IMG/VR virus record: IMGVR_UViG_3300018475_000067 | Strand: one strand, 5' to 3' | DNA from: a virus | DNA length: 35,502 nucleotides | In this document: piece by piece, positions 15,631 to 23,202 of the stretch | How positions within the stretch are numbered: the first letter of the stretch is position 1 | Layout of the letters: every line of letters starts with the position of its first letter | Made by a program: the position numbers and the translations under genes | Notes under the pieces: model-generated | Seen by the model: the letters and a program-made list of their open reading frames with translations, nothing else | Told to the model about the DNA's origin: nothing | Databases searched by the model: none

Positions 15631-16220
15631 TGGCTAAAAATCTGGAACAGAGAGTGGAAGAACTTGAAAAAATCATAAAGAAAATGCAGGCAAAGAATTT
15701 GAAATTAAAAAAAGATTTAGCAGTAGGAGATACATTTGAACTTATTGGACTTAAATGGAAAATCTTAGACATTGCAGAGCAGGGGTATAAATGTATTGCA
15801 GAAAAACTTCCGGAAAATAAAAAGTTTGGAAATAACAATGATTGGAAAGAAAGCAGTATTCGGGAATATTTGAACGGAGAGTTTTACGAGAAATTAGAGG
15901 AAGTAATAGGGGAAGATAACATTATTTCTTTTGAAAGAAGTTTGTTGTCCCTAGATGGTCAGACAGAATATGGAACTTGTGAAGATAAGGTGTCCATTGT
16001 CAGTCTGGATGAATACAGACAGTATAGAGCATTGCTTCCAAATGAAGAATATTACTGGTGGACTCTTACACCGGATACTACAAAATGTAATGGAAATGAG
16101 TCGTGGATCCTCGTTGTTTGCCCGTCCGGCGATATCAGCGGCAATAACTTCAATATCAACGGCGGTGTTCGCCCTGTTTGTATCTTTTCATCTGCAATCT
16201 TTGAATCAGAGGAAGGTTAA
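15630..16220 (+). CDS. DGR variable protein 2 (paralog of target 1)
   Basis: C-terminus YYWWTLTPD...VVCPSGDISGNNFNINGGVRPVCI. VR2 lies near the 3' end. Start overlaps the target 1 stop (TAATG). Confidence 0.85.
   Translation: MAKNLEQRVEELEKIIKKMQAKNLKLKKDLAVGDTFELIGLKWKILDIAEQGYKCIAEKLPENKKFGNNNDWKESSIREYLNGEFYEKLEEVIGEDNIISFERSLLSLDGQTEYGTCEDKVSIVSLDEYRQYRALLPNEEYYWWTLTPDTTKCNGNESWILVVCPSGDISGNNFNINGGVRPVCIFSSAIFESEEG
16113..16175 (+). repeat. DGR variable region VR2
   Basis: A 63-nt match to the TR with 8 differences, all at TR adenines. Confidence 0.9.
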
Positions 16221-16592
16221 ATGGCAGAAACAGATTTAAAAGTAATCTTAAAAGCAAAGGAACTGGCAGAACATACCTTGCGTGTCACATCCAACTGTAA
16301 CCGGTACCCGAAGAAATACAGATTCTCATTAGTGGACAAGATGCAGAATAAGTCACTTGAAATTTATGAACATCTGCATGAAGCTAATCGGACTGATTTG
16401 AGGGAGTATGCAAGGGAACGTTCAGAATTACAGACCAAGGCAATCGCTCACTGTGATGAACTTCTGTTTTACATAGAACTATCCTATAAGCTCAATATCA
16501 TTAATGATAAAAGCATGGGATACTGGTCTAAGATGGTAACAGATATTAAGCATATGGCGATTGCTTGGAGAAGCAAAGATAAAAAGAGATAA
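16221..16592 (+). CDS. avd: DGR accessory variability determinant (Avd-like four-helix-bundle protein)
   Basis: 123 aa, basic and helical. Sits between the target genes and the TR, as in canonical DGRs. Confidence 0.75.
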   Translation: MAETDLKVILKAKELAEHTLRVTSNCNRYPKKYRFSLVDKMQNKSLEIYEHLHEANRTDLREYARERSELQTKAIAHCDELLFYIELSYKLNIINDKSMGYWSKMVTDIKHMAIAWRSKDKKR

Positions 16593-16620
16593 TTATTACA
16601 GGATATCTGATGCATAAACC

Positions 16621-16683
16621 GTTGTTTGCCCGTCCGGCAATATCAACAACAATAACTACAATAACAACAACGGTGTTCGCCCT
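16621..16683 (+). repeat. DGR template repeat (TR)
   Basis: GTTGTTTGCCCGTCCGGC-AATATCAACAACAATAACTACAATAACAACAAC-GGTGTTCGCCCT. Non-coding, with an AAY-rich core holding 20 adenines in 11 codon-equivalents. Confidence 0.9.
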
Positions 16684-16788
16684 ATTCTGTATCATACAGA
16701 CCGGAAGAGTAGGCAACAAGCCGAAATCAGAAAAAGATACAAAAAATCAGATATCCTTCCACTAGGTGGTAAATACAAAGGTATTTTT

Positions 16789-17829
16789 ATGGATAAAGAA
16801 ATAATATGCAGTTTTGAAAATCTTTACAAGGCATACAGACGTGCAAAGTCTGGCAAGGGATGTAATAATAGCTGTGCTAAATTTCAGAACATGAGTCTGG
16901 AAGGAGTACATCTGTTAAAAGAACAGCTTGAAAATCAAACTTATAGGATGAATCCATACAACGAGTTCAAGATATATGAACCAAAGGAAAGAATCATTAA
17001 ATCGTGTTCTTTTAAGGATAAAGTGGTGCAGCATTGTTTGTGTGATGAGATTCTGCATCCGAGGCTGGCAAAGGAATTTGTAAAGACAAATTATGCCGGA
17101 CAAAAAGGGAAAGGAACCCTTTATGGACTGAATAGTCTGAAAGAACAGATGCTAAGTTTTTATGAAATGCATGGTCTTGAAGGTTGGATACTGAAATGTG
17201 ATATTACAAAGTTCTTTTACCAGATAGACCATGAAATATTAAAAGATATTGTGGATTATCACTTTATGGATAATTACACGAAATGGCTGAACCATTTATT
17301 TATAGACAGCACAGAAGGATTGGGACTTCCGTTAGGAAATCAGGTGGCACAGGTTTATGCATTGTTAATGCTTAATGGCATGGACCATATGATTATAGGT
17401 GAATTGGGAATAAGTCTTTATGGGAGATACATGGATGATTTTTACCTGATACACCATGATAAAGAATATTTAAAAGAATGTTTGGTGCGGATACAGGAAA
17501 TGGTAAGCAGTCTTGGACTTTGCCTTAATGGAAAAACTCAGATAGTACCGTTTAGATGCGGAGTAGGTTTTCTAGGGTTTCACCATTATGTAACAGAGAA
17601 TGGGAAATATATAAGGAAATTGAAAGGTGAAAATAAACGGAAAATCAAAAAGAAAGTGACCAGATGGGTTAGAGCTGTACAATCCGGAAAAATGACAGAA
17701 AAGAAATTTTATGAAAAGTATAATGCGTGGAAAAATCATGCTTTACATGGAAACTGTATTAAACTTTGTCATTCCATGGATTTATATGTAAATAGTTTGA
17801 TAAAAATAAGTAGAAAGGATGTTTTATGA
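16789..17829 (+). CDS. DGR reverse transcriptase
   Basis: 346 aa. Carries the NYAGQKGKG, LGNQVAQ (DGR-type [ILV]GxxxSQ-like) and YGRYMDDFYLI (YxDD) motifs. Confidence 0.9.
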   Translation: MDKEIICSFENLYKAYRRAKSGKGCNNSCAKFQNMSLEGVHLLKEQLENQTYRMNPYNEFKIYEPKERIIKSCSFKDKVVQHCLCDEILHPRLAKEFVKTNYAGQKGKGTLYGLNSLKEQMLSFYEMHGLEGWILKCDITKFFYQIDHEILKDIVDYHFMDNYTKWLNHLFIDSTEGLGLPLGNQVAQVYALLMLNGMDHMIIGELGISLYGRYMDDFYLIHHDKEYLKECLVRIQEMVSSLGLCLNGKTQIVPFRCGVGFLGFHHYVTENGKYIRKLKGENKRKIKKKVTRWVRAVQSGKMTEKKFYEKYNAWKNHALHGNCIKLCHSMDLYVNSLIKISRKDVL

Positions 17830-18245
17830 GTAGAACAAAAGCAAGAAAGGAACGCCTAGAACGTGTCCGCGAGAGGTATTTAAAAAAGATAAAGGAAGAG
17901 GACATTGCAAAAGAAATGAATTTATCTTTGAGTACCGTGCGAGGTTATATCTCAGAAATGGGATTGAAAAAGAGGGACTGGAATGCAATAAGAGAAAAGA
18001 TTATAGAAATGTATAATTCAGGACGGAACTTTGAAGATATTGAGGAAGAAACGGGAGTGTGCCGCGATACAATCAGGAAAACATTAAAGAAGAGTGGATT
18101 GTTATCAAGTGGAAGATTTTATGCAGTGGAGAATAATCTGATAGATGAGAATACGGTATTTGCGGATAATAGAGTGAAGATTGAAAAAATAGTGATATAC
18201 GGAAAGCGGTATCAGGATGTGACACAGGTACTGGTACCGAGATAG
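17826..18245 (+). CDS. DNA-binding protein with two HTH motifs
   Basis: EEDIAKEMNLSLSTVRGYI and FEDIEEETGVCRDTIRKTL are both HTH-like. ATGA overlap with the RT stop. Confidence 0.55.
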   Translation: MSRTKARKERLERVRERYLKKIKEEDIAKEMNLSLSTVRGYISEMGLKKRDWNAIREKIIEMYNSGRNFEDIEEETGVCRDTIRKTLKKSGLLSSGRFYAVENNLIDENTVFADNRVKIEKIVIYGKRYQDVTQVLVPR

Positions 18246-18256
18246 GAGGGAAAACA

Positions 18257-18484
18257 ATGACAAGAATAATTTTATTCCTGCTTCGTATGAAGTTAGGAGT
18301 TAAAAAGAACGAAAGATTTCAATTTGATAACCAGAAGAACAAAGAAGATTATTATTACATATCTGAAAATAAGTTATACAAAATTATGTGGCGGGATTGT
18401 AAAGTAACGGAAAGGAGAGCCAATGTAAGCCTGAACTGGTTACTGGATCCGGAATGTAAGATTGTGAAATTAGGAGGTCACTAA
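18257..18484 (+). CDS. Hypothetical protein (75 aa)
   Basis: ORF with an AGGAGGG SD sequence. Confidence 0.5.
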   Translation: MTRIILFLLRMKLGVKKNERFQFDNQKNKEDYYYISENKLYKIMWRDCKVTERRANVSLNWLLDPECKIVKLGGH

Positions 18485-18485
18485 A

Positions 18486-18899
18486 GTGATAGAAAAAGAG
18501 TCATGGAGAATTATAGAGCTGATTATCCGAAGATACCCGGACAAGAAGAGAGAATATGAAGAATATGTATCGGATGTTATCATGGCTAGCAGTACCGGAG
18601 AAGAATACTGTGGCAGCAGCTCTGATAATAAACCCCAGTCTGTAACAGAAGCCAAGGCTCTTAAAATGACCAGTGCTTATATGGATAGGCTGAAACGGGA
18701 AATATATGCAGTTGAAACGGTGTATAGTGGATTAAAGGAAGAAGAGAAGAAAGTCATGCGTGAGAGGTTCTGGACGGACAGAAGGAGGAATGTTCCATAT
18801 CTTAACATGAAAACAGTAAGTTACAGTGAAACACAAATGAGAAGGATTGTGTTTAAAATCATTTGTCAGGTGGGAAGATTTTTAGGGGAAATCAATTAG
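18486..18899 (+). CDS. RinA/ArpU-family late transcriptional activator
   Basis: Size, the ...IIRRYPDKKREYEEY... N-terminus and the sigma-region-4-like C-terminus (SYSETQMRRIVFKIICQVGRFLG). Lies upstream of the packaging genes. Confidence 0.6.
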   Translation: MIEKESWRIIELIIRRYPDKKREYEEYVSDVIMASSTGEEYCGSSSDNKPQSVTEAKALKMTSAYMDRLKREIYAVETVYSGLKEEEKKVMRERFWTDRRRNVPYLNMKTVSYSETQMRRIVFKIICQVGRFLGEIN

Positions 18900-18913
18900 G
18901 AATGTGATAAGAA

Positions 18914-18938
18914 AGTCTGTAAAAATGCAGGCTTTTTT
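18914..18938 (+). terminator. Intrinsic terminator
   Basis: AGTCTG-8 nt-CAGGCT, then TTTTTT. Confidence 0.55.
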
Positions 18939-18958
18939 ATTATATATACAAATAAGCA

Positions 18959-18987
18959 TTGACATATGGTGCACCATATAATATATT
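18959..18987 (+). promoter_or_regulatory. Promoter (TTGACA, 17 nt, TATATT) whose spacer is a perfect 16-bp palindrome
   Basis: ATATGGTGCACCATAT at 18964-18979 is its own reverse complement. Confidence 0.55.
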
Positions 18988-19009
18988 ATATGTAGGAGGT
19001 GAGAAGAAG

Positions 19010-19120
19010 ATGGCTAAGAAAAAGAAAAAGCACAAACTTGAAAAAGTAGCAATCATAGTAAGCATCATCAATGGATTGGTCGCAACAATCTGCATGCTAT
19101 ATGAAACATTTTTCAAATAA
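19010..19120 (+). CDS. 36-aa Lys-rich/hydrophobic peptide (type I toxin- or holin-like)
   Basis: Manual ORF MAKKKKKHKLEKVAIIVSIINGLVATICMLYETFFK. GGAGGTGA SD sequence. A hairpin plus T-run follows at 19128-19161. Confidence 0.5.
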   Translation: MAKKKKKHKLEKVAIIVSIINGLVATICMLYETFFK

Positions 19121-19184
19121 GTGCTTGGCGGTGGGTAAATCCCACTACTCACCGCTATTTTAAACCATCTGTAAATATATGTCT

Positions 19185-19346
19185 ATGAAAAAAATAATTT
19201 TTATTACGAGTTTGGCAACTTTCTTTTGCTTGTGTTATATGGCTGTTAAGAATGGTATGGATGTATTTATAGGAGTAGCTTTATTAACAAGTATATTGAG
19301 TAATGTATTAAACTTATTATGTATTGTCAGAAAGGATGAAAAGTAA
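19185..19346 (+). CDS. Small two-TM membrane protein (53 aa)
   Basis: Manual ORF MKKIIFITSLATFFCLCYMAVKNGMDVFIGVALLTSILSNVLNLLCIVRKDEK. Weak SD sequence. Confidence 0.4.
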   Translation: MKKIIFITSLATFFCLCYMAVKNGMDVFIGVALLTSILSNVLNLLCIVRKDEK

Positions 19347-19348
19347 TT

Positions 19349-19549
19349 ATGCCAATAGGTAAGCCATCAAAACAAACAATAGCAACAGAGAAGTATGCCA
19401 AGAAAGTAGGATTGATTAGTAAGTCATATAAACTTAAAAAAGAATTAACGGAAGACTTTGCCGAAGCCTGTGCGAAAAGAAATACCAGTGCGGCAGCAGT
19501 CCTTACGGAATTTATGGAAAAATTTGTAGCAGAAACTGAAAATTTATAA
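19349..19549 (+). CDS. Hypothetical small protein (66 aa, possibly RHH-like)
   Basis: ORF only. Confidence 0.45.
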   Translation: MPIGKPSKQTIATEKYAKKVGLISKSYKLKKELTEDFAEACAKRNTSAAAVLTEFMEKFVAETENL

Positions 19550-19599
19550 AAGATGGACGGATTTTTCATGTCAAATGTGCTATTATGGTATCATCAAAA

Positions 19600-19631
19600 A
19601 GAGTCAGGGAACAAAAACCTTGGCTCTTTTT
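19600..19631 (+). terminator. Possible intrinsic terminator
   Basis: AGAGTCAGG pairs with CTTGGCTCT (two G-U pairs) and is followed by TTTT. Confidence 0.4.
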
Positions 19632-19652
19632 ATATTCAGAAAGGCAGCAGTC

Positions 19653-19994
19653 ATGAATACCGGAGCAGAAAGATATGGTACCCACCGGGGTGCATTTGAA
19701 AAGAATAAAAAGAAAATAATGGCGACACAAAAGATTTGTGGGATATGTGGAAAGCCGGTTGATTTTGCACAGAAATATCCCAGTCCATTATCGCCTTGTA
19801 TTGACCATATTATTCCAATTGCAAGAGGGGGGCATCCCAGTGATATTGACAATCTGCAATTAGCCCACTGGACCTGTAATCGACAGAAGTCAGACAAGCT
19901 GATAGAAGTGAAGATTTTTGATGAAAAAAGTGAAATTATCAGTAACAGGGTGCTGCCACAATCTATGGATTGGAAGAATTATAAACCAAAGTAA
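19653..19994 (+). CDS. HNH endonuclease (packaging-associated type)
   Basis: CGICGKPV...CIDHIIPIARGGHPSDIDNLQLAHWTCNRQKSDK. Start chosen at the internal ATG 19653. Confidence 0.85.
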   Translation: MNTGAERYGTHRGAFEKNKKKIMATQKICGICGKPVDFAQKYPSPLSPCIDHIIPIARGGHPSDIDNLQLAHWTCNRQKSDKLIEVKIFDEKSEIISNRVLPQSMDWKNYKPK

Positions 19995-20086
19995 ACAGGG
20001 GGCATACCACCCCCTGGATGGGTGTGAATGAGGTTCACGCCATCACTGCACAAATATCTCGCTGAGAAAAAATGAGGAATGAAATT

Positions 20087-20359
20087 ATGGCTAATGTGAA
20101 GGTAGAAATCAATTATAAAGGGCTGTTGGAACTCTTTAAAAATGAGCAAATAAAAGAAAAATGTATTTCAGTAGCAAATAATGTGGCACAAATTGCAGGT
20201 GAAGGATATAACGTAAGCAATTGGACAGGACCACATAGAGCAGGGGCGACAGTTTGGTGTGATTCGTATGATGCAATTCGAGACAATATGAAAAATAATA
20301 CAATGCTGAAAGCATTGGGAGCTTCGGTTCCAAAAAATAAAATTGTAGTGAGAAAATAA
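20087..20359 (+). CDS. Hypothetical protein (90 aa) upstream of portal
   Basis: ATG at 20087 with GAGGA 7 nt upstream. Confidence 0.5.
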   Translation: MANVKVEINYKGLLELFKNEQIKEKCISVANNVAQIAGEGYNVSNWTGPHRAGATVWCDSYDAIRDNMKNNTMLKALGASVPKNKIVVRK

Positions 20360-20369
20360 GGAGCCTGAA

Positions 20370-21638
20370 ATGAGCAATTACAAAGGGATAGTATATCTGA
20401 GAAAAAAGTTAAATCAGAAGAGAGAACGGGTATTAAAAAGATATAAGTATTATGAAATGAAGAATGTGGTAAGAGACTTGAATATCGCAGTTCCGGCAGA
20501 AATAAAAGGATTACATTCCATGCTTGGCTGGTGCGGAAAAGCAGTGGACAGTGTTGCGGATAGATTAATTTTCCGGGAATTTGAAGATGATAATTTTGAT
20601 TTATCAGAAATTTTTCAAATGAATAATCCTGATATTTTTTATGACAGTGCTGTATTATCGGCATTGATTTCTTCCTGTTGTTTTATTTATATTTCAGCAG
20701 ATGAAAGCGGATTTCCCAGACTGCAGGTAATTGATGGAGCAAATGCAACCGGAATATTAGACCCGATTACAGGATTATTAACAGAAGGATATGCAGTTCT
20801 GGAAAAAGATGATAACGAGAATGCGATATTAGAAGCATATTTTCAGAAAGGACAAACAACTTTTATCAGAAAAGGTGTCCGAAATCATCAGGTAGTAAAA
20901 AACAGTGCGCCTTATCCTTTGTTGGTACCAATAATCTATAAACCGGATGCCAGAAGAGTATTTGGACATTCCAGAATCAGCAGAGCATGTATGAGTCTGG
21001 TGGATGCAGCCATAAGGACTGTGAAGCGTTCTGAAGTTTCAGCAGAATTTTATAGTTTCCCACAAAAATACATTACTGGTTTAAGTGAAGATGCAGAAAT
21101 TGCAGATAAATGGAGAGCATCTATGTCCAGTCTGCTGTCATTTACAAAGGATGACGAGGGAGATAGTCCTAAGTTAGGACAATTTACACAGCAGTCTATG
21201 TCACCGTATACAGAACAGCTTCGGACATTCGCGGCACTGTTTGCAGGAGAAACCGGTTTGACTTTGGATGATCTGGGATTTGTTTCTGACAATCCATCCA
21301 GCCAGGAGGCAATAAAAGCATCACATGAAACCTTACGATTAACCGCTAAGAAGGCACAAAGAACCTTCGGAAGCGGTTTTTTAAATGTCGGCTATCTAGC
21401 AGCCTGCGTAAGAGATGATTTTGCTTATCAGAGAAGACAACTTTATCTTACAAAGCCTGTTTGGGAGCCGATTTTTGAACCGGATGCCTCAATGTTATCC
21501 AGTATAGGAGACGGGGCAATTAAGATTAATCAGGCAGTGCCCGGATACTTTAATAAGGATAATCTGAGAAACATTACAGGAATTGAACCAAGTAAGATGG
21601 AACCGGTAACAGTAGTACAGCCGAATCAGGAGGTATAA
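20370..21638 (+). CDS. Portal protein (SPP1 gp6-like)
   Basis: 422 aa, followed by a MuF-type gene. The N-terminal region is typical of SPP1-family portals. Confidence 0.8.
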   Translation: MSNYKGIVYLRKKLNQKRERVLKRYKYYEMKNVVRDLNIAVPAEIKGLHSMLGWCGKAVDSVADRLIFREFEDDNFDLSEIFQMNNPDIFYDSAVLSALISSCCFIYISADESGFPRLQVIDGANATGILDPITGLLTEGYAVLEKDDNENAILEAYFQKGQTTFIRKGVRNHQVVKNSAPYPLLVPIIYKPDARRVFGHSRISRACMSLVDAAIRTVKRSEVSAEFYSFPQKYITGLSEDAEIADKWRASMSSLLSFTKDDEGDSPKLGQFTQQSMSPYTEQLRTFAALFAGETGLTLDDLGFVSDNPSSQEAIKASHETLRLTAKKAQRTFGSGFLNVGYLAACVRDDFAYQRRQLYLTKPVWEPIFEPDASMLSSIGDGAIKINQAVPGYFNKDNLRNITGIEPSKMEPVTVVQPNQEV

Positions 21639-22981
21639 TGGAAGATATTGCACCAAAGTTATTAGAAAAAATACAAAAAGATTTTCAGACTATGTTTGAT
21701 AAGAGTGAAATCATTTCCAAGTTATATGCAAAAGTAAGAGATGGTACCGCTACTTACAAAGAAGCTAATGAGTTCTCTGTTGAGGTAGGGCATATCCTTG
21801 CAAATGCATATGGTAACAACCTTAGTTCTGAAGTTCTTCCGGATGGGAAGATGTATTACAACATTGCTAAGAGAGTTATCCGTCCTACGATGGAAAATAA
21901 TTATCATTTGATTACGGAAGTTACGAAAGAGGTACAAAGGTCTTTAAACAGTGAGGCAGGAATTGGAATAAAGCCAATCATACCGGAATTAAATCAAGAC
22001 CGTATTGACGGAATTCTAAACCGTATTTCCAGTGAAGATATATTTGATGATGTAAAATGGATATTGGGAGAACCGGTAGTCAATTTCAGTCAGAGTATTG
22101 TGGATGATGCTATCAAAGTAAATGCTGAATTTCACGGAAAGGCAGGAATGAAGCCTAAGATTGTTCGTAAAATGGCAGGCAACTGTTGCGAATGGTGTAA
22201 GGCGGTAACAGGTAAATATTTCTATCCGGATGTACCGCAGGATGTTTACAGAAGACATCAGAGGTGCAGATGTACGGTGGATTATGTCCCGGGAGATGGA
22301 AAAGTTCAGAATGTACATACAAAGCAGTGGCGGAAGGAAGATGGCAGTAACATAAGGTTAGAGAAAAGAAAGGAACAGCATTATTTACCAGTCAAAGGAA
22401 GTGGAAAATTAAGTTTGACGGATAGAAAGATGGGGATTATAAATCTAATAGAGATAGATGGATATTCAAAAGTATATGTTGAAGAAGGGGTAAAGATTAA
22501 ACCTAAAGCATTACATACCATAACTAAAAATATTGATGAAGCAATAGATTTTTATAGAGGAGATAAAAGTAGAAAACCAATAATAGCAGTTGTTGCTATG
22601 AAAAATTTAAATGGTGCACTTGGAAAATATGATTGTGTACAAAATGTAATATACATTGCTCCGGATACAGGAGATGCAAAAATGTTGAGTGTGTTTTTTG
22701 CAATGGATAAAAATGTAGCAATAGGGAGTACGGAGTATCATGAAACATGGCATTGGATGCAAGCACAAGGTTACAAAGGAACGATTACAGAAGCTAACAG
22801 GAATGTAGAATATATGCCTTGGCTAGTAGAAAAATGTAAAAAAAATATTGTTTCTTTAGGGATAAATGAGTATAATGTTAATGAAATATCATCATATGCT
22901 GCTAAGGCGTTTGTTTGGGAAAGATATGATGAAGTGGAGGCCGAATACTATACATTGAAGTGCTTAAAAAGAGGGAGATAA
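21638..22981 (+). CDS. MuF/SPP1 gp7-like minor head protein with a C-terminal ~200-aa HExxH-containing extension
   Basis: The head-morphogenesis domain ends with CCEWCKAVTGKYFYPDVPQDVYRRHQRCRCTVDY. The extension carries HETWH at 22739-22753. Confidence 0.75.
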   Translation: MEDIAPKLLEKIQKDFQTMFDKSEIISKLYAKVRDGTATYKEANEFSVEVGHILANAYGNNLSSEVLPDGKMYYNIAKRVIRPTMENNYHLITEVTKEVQRSLNSEAGIGIKPIIPELNQDRIDGILNRISSEDIFDDVKWILGEPVVNFSQSIVDDAIKVNAEFHGKAGMKPKIVRKMAGNCCEWCKAVTGKYFYPDVPQDVYRRHQRCRCTVDYVPGDGKVQNVHTKQWRKEDGSNIRLEKRKEQHYLPVKGSGKLSLTDRKMGIINLIEIDGYSKVYVEEGVKIKPKALHTITKNIDEAIDFYRGDKSRKPIIAVVAMKNLNGALGKYDCVQNVIYIAPDTGDAKMLSVFFAMDKNVAIGSTEYHETWHWMQAQGYKGTITEANRNVEYMPWLVEKCKKNIVSLGINEYNVNEISSYAAKAFVWERYDEVEAEYYTLKCLKRGR

Positions 22982-22985
22982 TATT

Positions 22986-23144
22986 ATGTATATCATTATT
23001 CCGGAAGAAATGAAAAAATTGGAGAGGATATATACACCTTATTTAGATGGAGTACATTTAAAGGAAGGTGCACCGAAAGAAGCAAAGGAAGCATATGAAA
23101 CATTTTATAATTGGTTTGGTAAAAAATTAGGTTTAGAACAATAA
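22986..23144 (+). CDS. Small protein (52 aa), candidate cognate partner of the MuF C-terminal domain
   Basis: Manual ORF MYIIIPEEMKKLERIYTPYLDGVHLKEGAPKEAKEAYETFYNWFGKKLGLEQ. It starts 5 nt after the MuF stop. Confidence 0.4.
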   Translation: MYIIIPEEMKKLERIYTPYLDGVHLKEGAPKEAKEAYETFYNWFGKKLGLEQ

Positions 23145-23147
23145 GAA

Positions 23148-23179
23148 GTCACCGTTATATTTAGTGCGGTGATTTTTTT
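23148..23179 (+). terminator. Intrinsic terminator
   Basis: GTCACCG-12 nt-CGGTGAT, with the final T beginning a T7 run. Confidence 0.6.
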
Positions 23180-23202
23180 GTACAAAAAATCAGGAGGCTT
23201 AT

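Larger units (their letters stand above)
15013..17829 (+). mobile_element. Diversity-generating retroelement cassette (target1-target2-avd-TR-RT)
   Basis: One TR and two VRs with adenine-only mismatches, an Avd-like four-helix-bundle protein, and an RT with LGNQVAQ and YMDD motifs. Confidence 0.9.

Noticed and set aside
15059-16239. Alternative-frame + ORFs inside the DGR target genes (15059-15292, 15955-16239)
   Set aside because: They overlap the target ORFs, whose frames are fixed by the VR codon structure (AAY codons in the TR). They have no SD sequences.
16593-16620. Extension of TR/VR homology upstream of GTTGTTTGCC
   Set aside because: The 5 nt before the core (AAACC in the TR versus TCGCC in VR1) fit adenine-only changes in VR1. 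VR2, and positions further upstream, show mismatches at non-adenine bases. The confident TR boundary is therefore kept at 16621.
16789-17829. The RT could belong to a retron, a group II intron or an Abi-type RT defence system
   Set aside because: It is flanked by an Avd-like gene and a TR with two adenine-mismatched VRs, and it carries the DGR-type LGxxx(S/A)Q motif. No intron RNA domains, no maturase/endonuclease domain and no msr/msd-like inverted repeats were seen.
20113-20664. 183-aa minus-strand ORF overlapping the portal start region (also 20136-20333 and 20168-20377)
   Set aside because: It is antisense to well-supported + strand genes with good SD sequences. Its composition is hydrophobic and low-complexity, typical of shadow ORFs in AT-rich DNA.
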